A stretch of 64,000 bases of DNA from a bacterium (GCA_963662285.2 CAXXMV010000006.1:1664001-1728000), one strand, 5' to 3'; positions 1 to 10,800 are shown, counted from the stretch's first letter. Translations and numbers: made by a program. Notes: generated by a model not told the origin, from the letters alone.

Positions 1-339
1 TATGAGGACGGCTGGGATAATACGCAATGGCACGAATACTGGATCACCTGGAACATCGCGGCGGGCGAAAAAGCCACAGCTCTGTACGTAGACGGCGAAC
101 TGCAACCCAAGTTCTCCTATCCACAAGATCCAAACGACGATGCCGAAAAGGCGGGCGCATTCTTCAACCGCGTGCGGGATAACGAGAACGACATTACGGT
201 CGGTAACGCCATGTTCCGCATCTCCTTCCGCCAAACCGGTCAAAACGGCAACCTGCAGTTCGATTACATCTGCTTCAAACCGGGAACCGACGAACCGCCC
301 AAGAAGTACGTCGCGGTCTCCGATTGGCAACTGTATTAA
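1..339 (+). CDS. 3' end of a probably secreted protein (LamG/ConA-like beta-sandwich character) ending in VAVSDWQLY; truncated by the window edge
   Basis: Manual frame-1 translation YEDGWDNTQWHEYWITWN...ALYVDGELQP...LQFDYICFKPG...VSDWQLY*, open from base 1 to TAA at 337-339; absent from the ORF track because the start lies outside the window. Confidence 0.75.
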   Translation, partial: YEDGWDNTQWHEYWITWNIAAGEKATALYVDGELQPKFSYPQDPNDDAEKAGAFFNRVRDNENDITVGNAMFRISFRQTGQNGNLQFDYICFKPGTDEPPKKYVAVSDWQLY

Positions 340-366
340 TCCGTATCGTTCTTGAGATGGTCTTCG

Positions 367-404
367 ATCCCCCGATTTTCATCCAAAAATCGGGGGATTT
401 TATT
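367..404 (+). terminator. Rho-independent terminator
   Basis: ATCCCCCGATTTT / AAAATCGGGGGAT inverted repeat followed by TTTATT, just after the stop at 339. Confidence 0.7.
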
Positions 405-684
405 ATGTCTGAATCGGTATAGGCTGGATGAATGGCGAAGGATAAAAATATTCAGCCGATCATCATATTGTTTGCTATAATCGACGAAACATAATCCCAA
501 TGGTTAAATTTTGATCAATGGAGTATCAGAAAGGTTCCTATAGTACTGGAATTTGCAGAACAGCTTACGATTAACGATTAAAGAGAAGCATTTTTTTCTT
601 TTAATATTGTAACAGCCGTGATAAAGTGTATTGAATCCACAATTACAGTAATTTTGCACCATACTCAATAATGAGGTGACTCTT

Positions 685-2340
685 ATGAAACTGCGTCTCT
701 GTTTTTTGATCATTCTGCTTTCCCTTTTCATTTCGATCTGTGCACAAGAACTGCCGGCCGAAGAAATCCACATGGTGGAAATGCGGGATGGAATCAAATT
801 AGCCACCAAGGTTTATCGCCCTAGTGGGGGAGACGGCCCCTGGCCTGTCATTCTGGCCCTAAGTCAATATGGAAAAGGCAATAGGCAGGAAAGTGAGAAT
901 GTTTTGTCAAAAAGGATAGCGAGAGTCGTTCAAGATGTTCGCGGAACAGGTGGTTCTGAAGGTCATTATGATATGATGGCTTCCAACGGTTGGGGTGAGA
1001 AACAAGACGGCTACGATACGGTCGAATGGATTTTGGCTCAACCGTGGTGTAATGGGAAGATCGTGACATATGGCGGCTCCGCCCTGGGCATGACGCAAAT
1101 CCTTTTGGCGGGTACAGGTTCCAAAGGTATTGTTGGGCAGCTTATTGATGTCGCATGTATCGGAAACGATCTTTGTTGTTATACAGGCGGAGTATTGCGC
1201 AAACTTTTCGTTGAATCTGTTACAGGCTGGTATAGAGATAAAGTACAAACGCTGAATACTGTACGGTCTCACTATACATATGATGATTATTGGAAAACAC
1301 AAAACCTATCCGAGAGGGCTGACCGGGTTAATTGGCCCGTGGTATTGAAAACAGGATGGTATGACATTTATCATCAAGGAGCTATTGACGCTTTCAACGC
1401 GATTCAATCGAATGGCGGCCCTAAAGCGCGTGACAACGTACACATTCTCATTGGTCCGTGGGGACACGAGGGAAGCTGTGGAGCATTTAAATATCCCCAA
1501 GAAAGTTGGAAGGATGAATGGCCTTATAGATTCAAGGCGCAATGGCCTTATCAGGAAATCGACTACTGGTTATTGGATACGCCCGCGCCCGACGATATTC
1601 CCACTATCAAGTATTTCACGATGGGTGAATATCCAGTTGGAAATTCGCCCGGCAACGAATGGGGGACTTCCAAAATCTGGCCTCCGGAAGATAGTAAATT
1701 AGTCCCGTTCTATTTACATACCGATGGCAATCTCCAACGAACGAAATCCGATCCTTCCCAACTGAGTTACGAGTATGATCCCCGAAAACCCGTGCCAACA
1801 AATGGCGGGCAGGTGATTTTTATTTCGGCAGGCGCCTATGATCAACGTGTAAGCGAAAAGCGGGATGATGTGATTATCTTCAGCACACCACCGCTTAAGG
1901 AGCCAGTCGAAGTGACCGGGCGAATGACGGCTGTGCTGTATGTTTCAACCAGCGCAGTGGATACCGATTTCACCGCCCAGATCACGGATGTCTATCCCGA
2001 CGGACGAAGCATGATCCTCACCCACGGCATACGTCGGCTCAGTTTCCGCAACTCGTATGAGAAACATGAACTCGCAATACCGGGAGAAATTTATCGATTG
2101 GAAATCGATCTGCAATCCACCAGCATGGTATTCAACACCGGACACCAAATTCGCGTCGCTATATCCAGCAGTAACAGCCCCTGGTTCGAGCCTAATCCAA
2201 ATACCGGCATCCCAAACGATAGCATTAGTAACGCCGTCAATGCCACTCAAACCATTTACCTGGGAGGAGAAAACGCTTCTTACATTAATCTGCCCATCAG
2301 AGAAACTGCTTCTTATGTTGGGGATTATTATTTATATTAA
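685..2340 (+). CDS. CocE/NonD family hydrolase (peptidase S15-like), secreted
   Basis: Signal peptide; MRDGIKLAT, QDVRGTGGSEG, DGYDTVEWI..QPWCNG, nucleophile G-G-S-A-L-G, GWYD, IGPWGH, PepX_C-like C-terminal domain; ATG at 685 follows GAGGTG. Confidence 0.9.
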   Translation: MKLRLCFLIILLSLFISICAQELPAEEIHMVEMRDGIKLATKVYRPSGGDGPWPVILALSQYGKGNRQESENVLSKRIARVVQDVRGTGGSEGHYDMMASNGWGEKQDGYDTVEWILAQPWCNGKIVTYGGSALGMTQILLAGTGSKGIVGQLIDVACIGNDLCCYTGGVLRKLFVESVTGWYRDKVQTLNTVRSHYTYDDYWKTQNLSERADRVNWPVVLKTGWYDIYHQGAIDAFNAIQSNGGPKARDNVHILIGPWGHEGSCGAFKYPQESWKDEWPYRFKAQWPYQEIDYWLLDTPAPDDIPTIKYFTMGEYPVGNSPGNEWGTSKIWPPEDSKLVPFYLHTDGNLQRTKSDPSQLSYEYDPRKPVPTNGGQVIFISAGAYDQRVSEKRDDVIIFSTPPLKEPVEVTGRMTAVLYVSTSAVDTDFTAQITDVYPDGRSMILTHGIRRLSFRNSYEKHELAIPGEIYRLEIDLQSTSMVFNTGHQIRVAISSSNSPWFEPNPNTGIPNDSISNAVNATQTIYLGGENASYINLPIRETASYVGDYYLY

Positions 2341-2352
2341 CTAGTAGAACAC

Positions 2353-2392
2353 GGTGGGCTACGCCGCTTTCGCGGCTTTTAGCCCACCCTAC
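2353..2392 (-). repeat. GTAG-family REP-like palindrome
   Basis: Minus strand GTAGGGTGGGCTAAAAGCCGCGAAAGCGGCGTAGCCCACC; related copy at 28547-28580; lies between convergent genes. Confidence 0.75.
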
Positions 2393-2406
2393 GAGAACTA
2401 AATATA

Positions 2407-3276
2407 TCAATGCTTGTCCTGTTTGGCGGCGTTATTCGCGTTCTGAATATGGCGGGCTAGAAATTTCATCATTTGCCCGGCGGACCGCTCGTAATAATGG
2501 CCCAGGTTATGTTTCGTGTCTGGTAGTATTATCAGCTCATTCTCAATATCCAATGCATCCAAATGTTTGGCGAAATCCTGATTGCCTTCCGGCCGATCCA
2601 GATCGCCTTTAATTTGCATGAGTGCGACATGGTTCTTTTTCAGGATGTCTGCATTTTTTGAAGCCATTTCAAAGAACTCCGTATTTCCTTGGCGAGCGCC
2701 TCCGCCCCAGCTGGCAGCAGCGCAAAAGAGATTGGGGTATGTTATAACAAGCCGGACCGCTCCGGCTCCACCCATTGAAAAACCAGCGACAACTCGTGAT
2801 TCAGGCTTCGCAATTGTGTGGTAAGACTTGTCGATAAGAGGAATTAATTCTTTGATGATCATTTCTTCAACCTCACCGCGATAACCACTCATCCCGCCAT
2901 TCGGGAAAACGCACAAAGCCGGTGGAAGAACGCTATCTCTGATCGCCTTTGAGACATGACCCGAAAATCCAGCTGCATCAGCGCTTTCATTTCCTCCTAC
3001 ACCATGAAGAAAATAAATCACAGGATAACGTATGTCCTTATTATTGTTATAGTCAGGAGGAGTCCAAACAACATATCCGACCTCGTGTTTCATTGACTCG
3101 CTTTTAAGAATATGGTGTGACAACCCTGGACCGTTGGGTAGTTTTGGATTTACCCAGTTGACCTCTCGTTTTTGTCGATTTTGCGCAATGGATGAAGAGG
3201 TAATGATTAACATCATCATGACAACAATAAGAACTTTTGTAATTCTGTAATTTGGATAATTATTTAAGAATCTCAT
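2407..3276 (-). CDS. Putative esterase (alpha/beta hydrolase, CE1/Esterase family), secreted
   Basis: YPVIYFLHGVGG, ELIPLID, GFSMGG nucleophile motif, C-terminal His; hydrophobic signal peptide. Confidence 0.85.
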   Translation of the reverse strand: MRFLNNYPNYRITKVLIVVMMMLIITSSSIAQNRQKREVNWVNPKLPNGPGLSHHILKSESMKHEVGYVVWTPPDYNNNKDIRYPVIYFLHGVGGNESADAAGFSGHVSKAIRDSVLPPALCVFPNGGMSGYRGEVEEMIIKELIPLIDKSYHTIAKPESRVVAGFSMGGAGAVRLVITYPNLFCAAASWGGGARQGNTEFFEMASKNADILKKNHVALMQIKGDLDRPEGNQDFAKHLDALDIENELIILPDTKHNLGHYYERSAGQMMKFLARHIQNANNAAKQDKH

Positions 3277-3326
3277 GACGCATCCTTTCAAGTAGCATTA
3301 ATTATATACTATCATTTTTTATAGGT

Positions 3327-4778
3327 TCAAGGACTGACCTTTATGATCACGCGTTTGTAGCGGGTCAGTGGAGGCGCCCCTTTATCAGTGACGGCCAGGA
3401 TAATGTGCATCGTTCCTGCACCGGGCGGCATAACACGACTTGTGGGTACAGTGAACCAGGCATTGGGCTGGTCATGATTTTTAATCTCGAGCGGCTGGCC
3501 TGTGCGGGCGCTGGAAACGGTAAAGGAGCCAGCCTCACCGTAGTAGAACCACTCGTAGGACATAGCATCGCCGTCAGGATCGGTTACGCCCCCGGTGCTG
3601 AGGTTGACGCGTTCGCCCCCTTTAGCAGTCAGTTCTGCTGGATGATCGAGCTTTATCACAGGCGGATGGTTTGCTGCTTTATACGGCTTGATGGTCCAGT
3701 CCATGCGTGCGACGAAATCGTTTTGATAGGCGGATCGCCAGCGCCAAATGGTCGCGTGGTTGCTAGTGTGCCAGCGGCCATCCACGCCGAGAACCTCGTC
3801 CATAGCGTTGGACCAAAACGGGCGGGTTTCGGTTTCTAGATGCCATTTCTGCTTATGAGGAGTATAGAATTCGTAGCGGCCGCCCCAACCGCCCCAGTCG
3901 GGACGTTCGGATACATTAAGCCCGTTATTGACCAAGCCGAGGAAACTCGGTGTGTCACCTTCCATGAGATAATCCATGTGGGGATACTGTTTACCGAGTG
4001 GACCTTTGCTGCGAATGTTCTTGTCGAGCCAGGGATTATCCACGATAGTAAAGTCTGCACCGGTAAATCGGGCATGGAAGTTGTCGCCAGCGATACCGCT
4101 CCAGGTTGCGAAGTGATAGGCGCCGCCGGGATGATAACCTGGGCTTGCGATATAGAATAACTTTGGAAATGTCTTCCGGATCCACGGGCCGCTGTCGTCC
4201 TGATCGGAGATGGTATAAACGCGGAGTTTGGCGACAAACTTATCAAGTTCTTCAGGAGTGCGCGTGGCTCGGATTTTCCAGAGCGCCTGCGCCAGTACGT
4301 TGGGGCCGCCCCAAACCGGAACCCAGAGCGGGCGCGGATCGTCGCGGTCGACTGCTGCGATAAGCCGTTCAGACCCTGAGGAATCCATACCCTCACCAAC
4401 TGCGTTCATGCCGCAAGCGGGTCGGCCTTCTTTGATCACTGAGAACAGATATTCGGCTTTAGGGTAGCCGGACTCGTGGATTTCGAGATTGTCACGAACT
4501 TTGCCGTAGGCCTCGACGATCTCCTTTATTCGCCAAGGCGCCGTCTTATTTGGCTGATGGATGGAGGTGGTGGCAACCAGTCCCTCGATATCGAATTGGT
4601 TGGAGTAAGTGAGAAGGCGAACCATGGACATAGCATCATCAGGTTCGTTTTCGATATCAGTAAGAACAAGGATGCGGGTCTTTTCTGTAGCACTGACAGC
4701 TGTGGTTGTAATCGCGAACATAACCGTCACGCAAACAAGCGTTCCAGCCAATTGAACTATGGCATTCAGGTTTTTCAT
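3327..4778 (-). CDS. DUF1593 (Sde0182 nucleoside hydrolase-like) protein with Ig-like C-terminal domain
   Basis: [87 protein letters not shown]. Confidence 0.88.
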   Translation of the reverse strand: MKNLNAIVQLAGTLVCVTVMFAITTTAVSATEKTRILVLTDIENEPDDAMSMVRLLTYSNQFDIEGLVATTSIHQPNKTAPWRIKEIVEAYGKVRDNLEIHESGYPKAEYLFSVIKEGRPACGMNAVGEGMDSSGSERLIAAVDRDDPRPLWVPVWGGPNVLAQALWKIRATRTPEELDKFVAKLRVYTISDQDDSGPWIRKTFPKLFYIASPGYHPGGAYHFATWSGIAGDNFHARFTGADFTIVDNPWLDKNIRSKGPLGKQYPHMDYLMEGDTPSFLGLVNNGLNVSERPDWGGWGGRYEFYTPHKQKWHLETETRPFWSNAMDEVLGVDGRWHTSNHATIWRWRSAYQNDFVARMDWTIKPYKAANHPPVIKLDHPAELTAKGGERVNLSTGGVTDPDGDAMSYEWFYYGEAGSFTVSSARTGQPLEIKNHDQPNAWFTVPTSRVMPPGAGTMHIILAVTDKGAPPLTRYKRVIIKVSP

Positions 4779-4872
4779 CGATTTGCCTTTCATGTATAAA
4801 TCATAGATTCCTTGCACAGGATTTTTTGTATACTGACCGGGCTATTTGATCGATGTCTTTCCTAATCGTAGA

Positions 4873-6924
4873 CTACCTTAACCATCGTACCAGTTCTGGA
4901 ACAGTCGATCTCATATCCCGGATAGCCATATCGCATATCCGGGAGGCGCCAAATGCATTGAGATGCGTGTCGTCTTGTCTGCCATCTTTGATTGCATCGA
5001 ACTCAATTGGTTCAACCCACATATAAAGTTTCTTGGAAAGTTGCGGACCCAGTTTTTTGACCAAGGTAGCGCTCTGTTTTTCGATGTCTAATAGAGGCGC
5101 GTGGAGTTCTTTGGCAACCTGACGAACAGCAATCGAATAATCCCCATGTGTATCAATGAGTTCTATATCATTCGCAAACTTCCGGCGCACGACAGGTGTA
5201 GCAAGTATTGGTTTACCGCCTTTTGAACGCGTTTCACGAACATAACGCGCCAGATTTTCTTTAAAGGAACCGAAGGCTTCTGTGTAGCGTTTCGGATCAT
5301 GGGACTTCTGATCGTTGTGGCCAAACTGAATGATAACAAAATCGCCTGGACGTAAATCATTCATTACGATATCCCAGCGGCCTTCAGCGCGAAAACTCTT
5401 CGAACTACGCCCATTTCTGGCCAGATTTCGGATATGAACATCATGCTTGAAATACAGTGGTAGCAATTGGCCCCATCCACGTTCGGGCTGTGCAGGAAAA
5501 AGGGGCTTGTCAGACATCGTGGAATCACCCACCATAAAAATTACAGGCGCATCTGTTGAAGAATCCTTAGTTTCCACAGCGTTAATGGGGTGAAAAGGTT
5601 CTTTGCCATTAACCTTTGGAGACTGACAGCGAAGCATTCGCGCGGCGAAGTCTTTTAAGAATGCTTCTCGCCAGTGGTTCACCGTTTTTGCGCCGATATG
5701 TCCGTCTTCGGCGTATTCAGGTGAAGGATTATCCGTCCACCAGTTCGGAAGTTTGGACGATGGACGTTGCGCTGCGTCAGGTGGAACTTTGATTGATGTG
5801 ATGCCGCCAGTCTTTCCATTGAGAGCAGGGATATTACTTTCAATTTTGAATTTATACGTCTTTGAGGCCTTTGGAGAAAAACGGAAACGCATGGTCTTGT
5901 CATCCGCAACATGTCCGGGGAGTGACTGGTTTTCAACAATGAGCATTGCTTTCGGATTCTTTAGAATATTGTTTCCAAGAGGTAATGCAATTTCGAGAAT
6001 CCCGAATTCCTCGATTTTATCATCCTTCGTGGTGAGCCGTTCAAAACGTTTATAAGGACGCTCCCATGCCCGTACATAATTTCCGCCCCAACCCGGCTGT
6101 GTTGGTTCTTCAGGTTTACCTTTAAGCAACCAGCTTACAGATGGAGTATCACCCATCTTGATTGTTCCACCGAGTTGAGTGTTGAAAAAATCTCCAAGAG
6201 AACCTTTACCAGCAATGTGTTTGGTTACGAATTCTTTGTTTCCCCATTCCCCTGACTGGTTGCCGCCGGTAAACCAACCGCGGTAGGTAGCGTTTGACTC
6301 GATGATCCATAAATCGGGATGATGGTCGACGATATATTGATAGGGATTTGGCCCCCACTTTTTATTTGGACCACCGATCCAATAGACGCGCAACTTTGGC
6401 AGGATATCCGGCGCATCATGGAGCGCCTGTGCAAGGTCTTCTATACCTCCCCAAACAAGTACATACAACAAACGCGGATCATTTCGGCGCGCGCATTTTA
6501 TGAGCCAATCCGATCCTTCCGTTGATTGCCGCACGCCAGCGTATGGCGCTCTATCGATTGCCCCTTGCTTTGTTAGTTTTCTTAATGCACCGGGTGTTGG
6601 GTACATTTCGGAATATGACTTAAGATTGTAGTAATCTTTCGCATAGCAATCGATAACTTTTAAGATATCCTCTTTACGGCCAGGACCATAAGGAGATGAA
6701 ATCAATCCTTCGATATCAAAAACATCCGCATACAAAAGCAGATGAACCATCGACTGGAAATCGTCGGGATCAGTACCGCCGATATCAGACGAGACCACGA
6801 CGCGGTAACGTTCCCCAAAGAGTGCGCCATTTTCTGCAATTTCCATTGCGTAAGAGGAAATGTTAAAAATTGTTATACTGATTAACATCAGAAATATTCG
6901 TTTGAGTTTATTTCGAGTAAACAT
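4873..6924 (-). CDS. DUF1593 domain fused to a C-terminal SGNH rhamnogalacturonan acetylesterase-like domain
   Basis: N-terminal SSDIGGTDPDDFQSMVHLLLYAD, MGDTPS, GWGG; C-terminal GDSTM, GWG, NGRSSKSF, QFGHNDQK, DDTHLN (SGNH blocks I-V). Confidence 0.85.
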   Translation of the reverse strand: MFTRNKLKRIFLMLISITIFNISSYAMEIAENGALFGERYRVVVSSDIGGTDPDDFQSMVHLLLYADVFDIEGLISSPYGPGRKEDILKVIDCYAKDYYNLKSYSEMYPTPGALRKLTKQGAIDRAPYAGVRQSTEGSDWLIKCARRNDPRLLYVLVWGGIEDLAQALHDAPDILPKLRVYWIGGPNKKWGPNPYQYIVDHHPDLWIIESNATYRGWFTGGNQSGEWGNKEFVTKHIAGKGSLGDFFNTQLGGTIKMGDTPSVSWLLKGKPEEPTQPGWGGNYVRAWERPYKRFERLTTKDDKIEEFGILEIALPLGNNILKNPKAMLIVENQSLPGHVADDKTMRFRFSPKASKTYKFKIESNIPALNGKTGGITSIKVPPDAAQRPSSKLPNWWTDNPSPEYAEDGHIGAKTVNHWREAFLKDFAARMLRCQSPKVNGKEPFHPINAVETKDSSTDAPVIFMVGDSTMSDKPLFPAQPERGWGQLLPLYFKHDVHIRNLARNGRSSKSFRAEGRWDIVMNDLRPGDFVIIQFGHNDQKSHDPKRYTEAFGSFKENLARYVRETRSKGGKPILATPVVRRKFANDIELIDTHGDYSIAVRQVAKELHAPLLDIEKQSATLVKKLGPQLSKKLYMWVEPIEFDAIKDGRQDDTHLNAFGASRICDMAIRDMRSTVPELVRWLR

Positions 6925-6965
6925 TATTTAATCCTATTCTGTATTGATTATTATTTAAGATAATA

Positions 6966-7688
6966 TTAATCAATGTAGTTTAGATATTTCTCCAGCATGG
7001 TGTAACCATCGGCAGCAACCTTGTTCCCATCAGTAGAGTCATGTGGATTAAGACCCTTCTTTGTTTCCCATTCGTCGGGCATACCGTCGTGGTCGGAGTC
7101 CGCAGGCGGTGTAGTGCTTTTCAGTTCCGGCCAGCCGCCGACATCATTCTGAGAATCAATAATACCGCTCTTTTTTGATTTATCTTGCATCGTATTATTT
7201 TGTTTGTAATTAGGCCCTTCATAGGTTGCATAGCCATTAATGACTTCGTTAATAATACGTGCATCAACCGCATCGGCATCCACACCCGATTCATCTCCCA
7301 ATCGTACTCGTATATAGCGAATAATCACTTCATCCGCGCCAATCGATAGCGGATAGCGTTTTATACAAATCCCATCTCCGGGCGCCGTTTGCCCGGCGAT
7401 AGTGATATAGGGATTACGAATCGTTAATCTACTTTTCAAATCGATTGTACCAGAGACTCTAAACACAACAGTTCTCGGCCCTTTCGCTTCAACCGCAGCA
7501 CGCAGGCTGCCTTCGCCGGAATCATTGAGGTTCGTCACTTCGTATATTTTACCGCCGCGTCCCCCAACCGTATATTTTCCGTATCCTTCAGCGCCGGGAA
7601 ATGCAAGTTGATTTTGGGCGAAACTGTATGCCGTGTAACTTAATAGGATAATCGCCATAACTGATATATTGCAGAAATACTTATTCAT
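6966..7688 (-). CDS. Pectate lyase (PL1-like) with a large in-frame internal deletion; possibly non-functional
   Basis: [46 protein letters not shown] join directly to the C-terminal DAVDARII...[12 protein letters not shown]...YTMLEKYLN; the central beta-helix is missing. Confidence 0.8.
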   Translation of the reverse strand: MNKYFCNISVMAIILLSYTAYSFAQNQLAFPGAEGYGKYTVGGRGGKIYEVTNLNDSGEGSLRAAVEAKGPRTVVFRVSGTIDLKSRLTIRNPYITIAGQTAPGDGICIKRYPLSIGADEVIIRYIRVRLGDESGVDADAVDARIINEVINGYATYEGPNYKQNNTMQDKSKKSGIIDSQNDVGGWPELKSTTPPADSDHDGMPDEWETKKGLNPHDSTDGNKVAADGYTMLEKYLNYID

Positions 7689-7884
7689 AATAATTTTCTT
7701 CCTTATATTGATTTATTGATTTCATGTTCTTTTAATATGATTCAAAACAATTGAACAATTTCGGGAAAGTATTGCGCAACCAACCAATCGTGCCATCCTA
7801 GGTTGCAATTTGATGAATACGTAACTTGCTGAGGAAGGTTTCCAACGCGACAGCGCTGCGCGTATTATGTATCTTCCCCATATC

Positions 7885-9306
7885 TCAGTTTTTCGGTGTA
7901 TTTTCAATCGACTTAAAGATAATCCTGCGATAACTGGTTAGATTATGCGTACCGTTATCCGTAACTTCGCATATCACATGAAAACTCTTCCCCGCTGAAT
8001 TGGACGGTATATTTACTGAGGCCTGATTTGAGTTGCTGTTTGAGATATTGACCTTCTCTGTATAAGTGCCTGCTTCGGTTAAAACCCACCAATGAAACGT
8101 CAGTTTATCGCCATCCGGATCATACGATTTGGAAGCGTCAAGTGTGACAATCTTTCCTTGGTTGGGTTGAATCGTCAATATATCAAGGCCTTTGTCATCA
8201 TTAATAACAACAACTGGATTTCGGTTCCCTTTACCTTCTTTCGCCCAGTCCATTCGGGCGGCAAAATTGTTAAAGGTTGCCGGGTAGTAATACTGTTGAT
8301 ATTTGTAGGAAGTACTACTAGCTGTACCACCATGGTTCTGATATGCTTTGGTTGCGCCGTCCTTGCATTCACCAAACTCAAAATACCCGCCCCAGCCAAC
8401 ATGGTTTGGAATATCAGGATTATTAAGACCGGTAGGTATGATATGAAGGAAAGCAGGAGTGTCACCTTCAACTCCATATTTATATTTAGGATATCGGTTA
8501 CCCAGATTGCCATGATTCTGGATATGGGTTGCATACTCATTCCAATTTTTTCGTCCGGCGCCATTCTGATATTTCCAGGCGCATTCATCCCAAATAAACA
8601 GAAGATCCTTTCCAAACTCCCGACGCATCCATTGATGCGAGCTTTCACTCCATTTGATGACATTACCGGATTTCTGGGCTCCATCCTGATCGGTTATCGT
8701 ATAAATGCGGAGTTTATGCAGAAAAGTTATCAGTTCTTCTTCACTACGCTCTTTCTTCACCTGCCAGATTGCTTGAGCAAGAGTATTACCACCGCCCCAG
8801 ACTGTAATCCAAAGGGGACGGTCATCATCTTCATCAGCCAGTTTAACAATCAGTTCGCTGCCGGGAGAAACATTATTTTTACCTATGTAACTGTACCCCC
8901 GGTTCTTACTGCCGAACATGGTCCGGTCTCTCAAATATTTCGGACTGGGCCAGTATCCGATTTCCTGTTGAGAATCATCGAGTAAATATCCATCTTGGTT
9001 GGAGCGTTTTATCAGGTTGGGTAAATCTTTTTCGTATAAATCAATCGCTTCGTGAATCAATTGATAATACGGCTCCCGAGCGGTACTTGCACTCCAGCCG
9101 GTTGAGTGAACCAGCCCCTCGATTTCGAACATGTCGGCATGGACAAAAAGCCGGATTATGGATTCCATATCATCCGGTTCAACGTTGTCGGGTGAAATGT
9201 CCGTCAATACAACCATACGCGGTTTGAGCGGAGCCGTATGGGATGATATAGAGATAGTAATGGAAAGAAACAGCATTAACGTAAGTGACCAAAATGTTTT
9301 TTTCAT
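7885..9306 (-). CDS. DUF1593 family protein, secreted
   Basis: LTDISPDNVEPDDMESIIRL, WGGGNTLAQAIW, EGDTPAFL, GWGG, NNFAARMDW, DPDGD, VTDNGTHNLTSYRRI. Confidence 0.88.
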   Translation of the reverse strand: MKKTFWSLTLMLFLSITISISSHTAPLKPRMVVLTDISPDNVEPDDMESIIRLFVHADMFEIEGLVHSTGWSASTAREPYYQLIHEAIDLYEKDLPNLIKRSNQDGYLLDDSQQEIGYWPSPKYLRDRTMFGSKNRGYSYIGKNNVSPGSELIVKLADEDDDRPLWITVWGGGNTLAQAIWQVKKERSEEELITFLHKLRIYTITDQDGAQKSGNVIKWSESSHQWMRREFGKDLLFIWDECAWKYQNGAGRKNWNEYATHIQNHGNLGNRYPKYKYGVEGDTPAFLHIIPTGLNNPDIPNHVGWGGYFEFGECKDGATKAYQNHGGTASSTSYKYQQYYYPATFNNFAARMDWAKEGKGNRNPVVVINDDKGLDILTIQPNQGKIVTLDASKSYDPDGDKLTFHWWVLTEAGTYTEKVNISNSNSNQASVNIPSNSAGKSFHVICEVTDNGTHNLTSYRRIIFKSIENTPKN

Positions 9307-9366
9307 CGTTTCCTCGATTTGATTTGTTTTGCGCCTATGAACGAGATGATCTTTAGTAAGTAAGGT

Positions 9367-10800
9367 TTACCGGATATGAACAACCACCCGCTGATATCTC
9401 GTTAATGGCGGTGTACCTTTATCTGTCACTTCACAGATAATATGAATTGTTTTCCCTTTGCCGGCATTGTTTGGGACTATGAATGATGCATCCTGTTTCC
9501 CTGCATCATTAATTTCAACGGCGCCATCGAAACTACCCGCTTCCTCATATTGCCACCAACGATACGTCAGATTATCTCCATCAGGGTCGCTTGTTCCTTT
9601 TGCGCTCAGTTTTACGGTAGCGCCCGGTTTAGCCTCAAGATCCAATGCATGTCCGAGCATAACAATTGGCGCATGATTTGCATCCTCATACGATTTAACG
9701 CACCAGTCTGCGCGAGCTGCAAAATCGTTTTGCAAAGCATCCGTCCAGCGCCACATCGGTTTGAAATACAACCGACGCTGCTCTGGTGTAGACGTTGAAC
9801 TTTTCCGCAGGCTGTTTCGTCCCCATCCAGTGCTCCCGTACCATCGTCCGCTTGGATGCGTATATCCTGAGACTGGAACTGGATCGAGCCATGTGTTTTC
9901 ACGAACCCGCACATAACGTCCGCCCCATCCTCCCCAATCTGGCGACTCCATGTTGCGCAATCCAGTCACGATTGTATGCAGAAAGGCTGGCGAATCACCT
10001 TCTGAGCGGAAATCCCCGTTTTCTTGCGCCGCATAGATTGAACACAATGGCCCATGGTTTTCCAATATGTTTTTCTTCATCCACGCACCCTCGAAATATT
10101 TCTGCATTTCCTCTGGCTGAGCCTGCTTCCAGCGATACGCTATCGCCTCGAACTGATCCGAAATGATTGTTGGAATCTCATACTTTCTCCAATGTGGATG
10201 AATATATTCTTGATAGGTTTTATCCTGCTCCCAAATAAAGAAGAACCGCATCTTCTTTGCGGCCTCTGCCATTCTTTCGGGATGTTCATCTTCGATAGTT
10301 TTCAGTGCACGGGCAATCGTGTTCATCCCGCCCCACGCTTGCAGCCAAACCGGTCGATTATCCGTCTTATCTAGCAATACCTTCACGATAAGCTGCGATC
10401 CTGCCGTGGCCTCTTCCATATCTCCTTCAGACTTCACATTCCCCAGGACCGTGCGCTCTCGCAGGTATTGAGGCGTCGGATATTCTGGATCGTGTTTTAT
10501 CAGGTTTGGATAAACCTTTGCATATGCATCCAAATCTGGATTAATCCAGTCATCCCCGGCCCACTTGTGTCCATGAGCGTGATACTGGGAACTCGAAGAG
10601 ACGATTCCCTCTACATCGCACTCATTCGTATATAGAAGGAACCTAATCATGGAGCACTGGTCATCAATCTCTCCATCGCTTGTGACAATAACACGTGGTT
10701 TTTCCCATAGCCTTGTGTTCTGAGCAAATGCATGATCGGCATTTAAGATCACGCATAGTAGAACCAATACAACATTAAACAAAATTCTTAATGCTTTCAT
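9367..10800 (-). CDS. DUF1593 family protein, secreted
   Basis: VTSDGEIDDQCSMIRFLLY, WGGMNTIARAL, EGDSPAFL, GGWGGRY, QNDFAARADW, VTDKGTPPLTRYQRV. Confidence 0.88.
   Translation of the reverse strand: MKALRILFNVVLVLLCVILNADHAFAQNTRLWEKPRVIVTSDGEIDDQCSMIRFLLYTNECDVEGIVSSSSQYHAHGHKWAGDDWINPDLDAYAKVYPNLIKHDPEYPTPQYLRERTVLGNVKSEGDMEEATAGSQLIVKVLLDKTDNRPVWLQAWGGMNTIARALKTIEDEHPERMAEAAKKMRFFFIWEQDKTYQEYIHPHWRKYEIPTIISDQFEAIAYRWKQAQPEEMQKYFEGAWMKKNILENHGPLCSIYAAQENGDFRSEGDSPAFLHTIVTGLRNMESPDWGGWGGRYVRVRENTWLDPVPVSGYTHPSGRWYGSTGWGRNSLRKSSTSTPEQRRLYFKPMWRWTDALQNDFAARADWCVKSYEDANHAPIVMLGHALDLEAKPGATVKLSAKGTSDPDGDNLTYRWWQYEEAGSFDGAVEINDAGKQDASFIVPNNAGKGKTIHIICEVTDKGTPPLTRYQRVVVHIR

Noticed and set aside
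140-355. 71-aa ORF from the track
   Set aside because: Overlaps the better frame-1 CDS 1-339 in another frame
8092-8985. 297-aa plus-strand ORF
   Set aside because: Antisense shadow of a DUF1593 gene; no motifs
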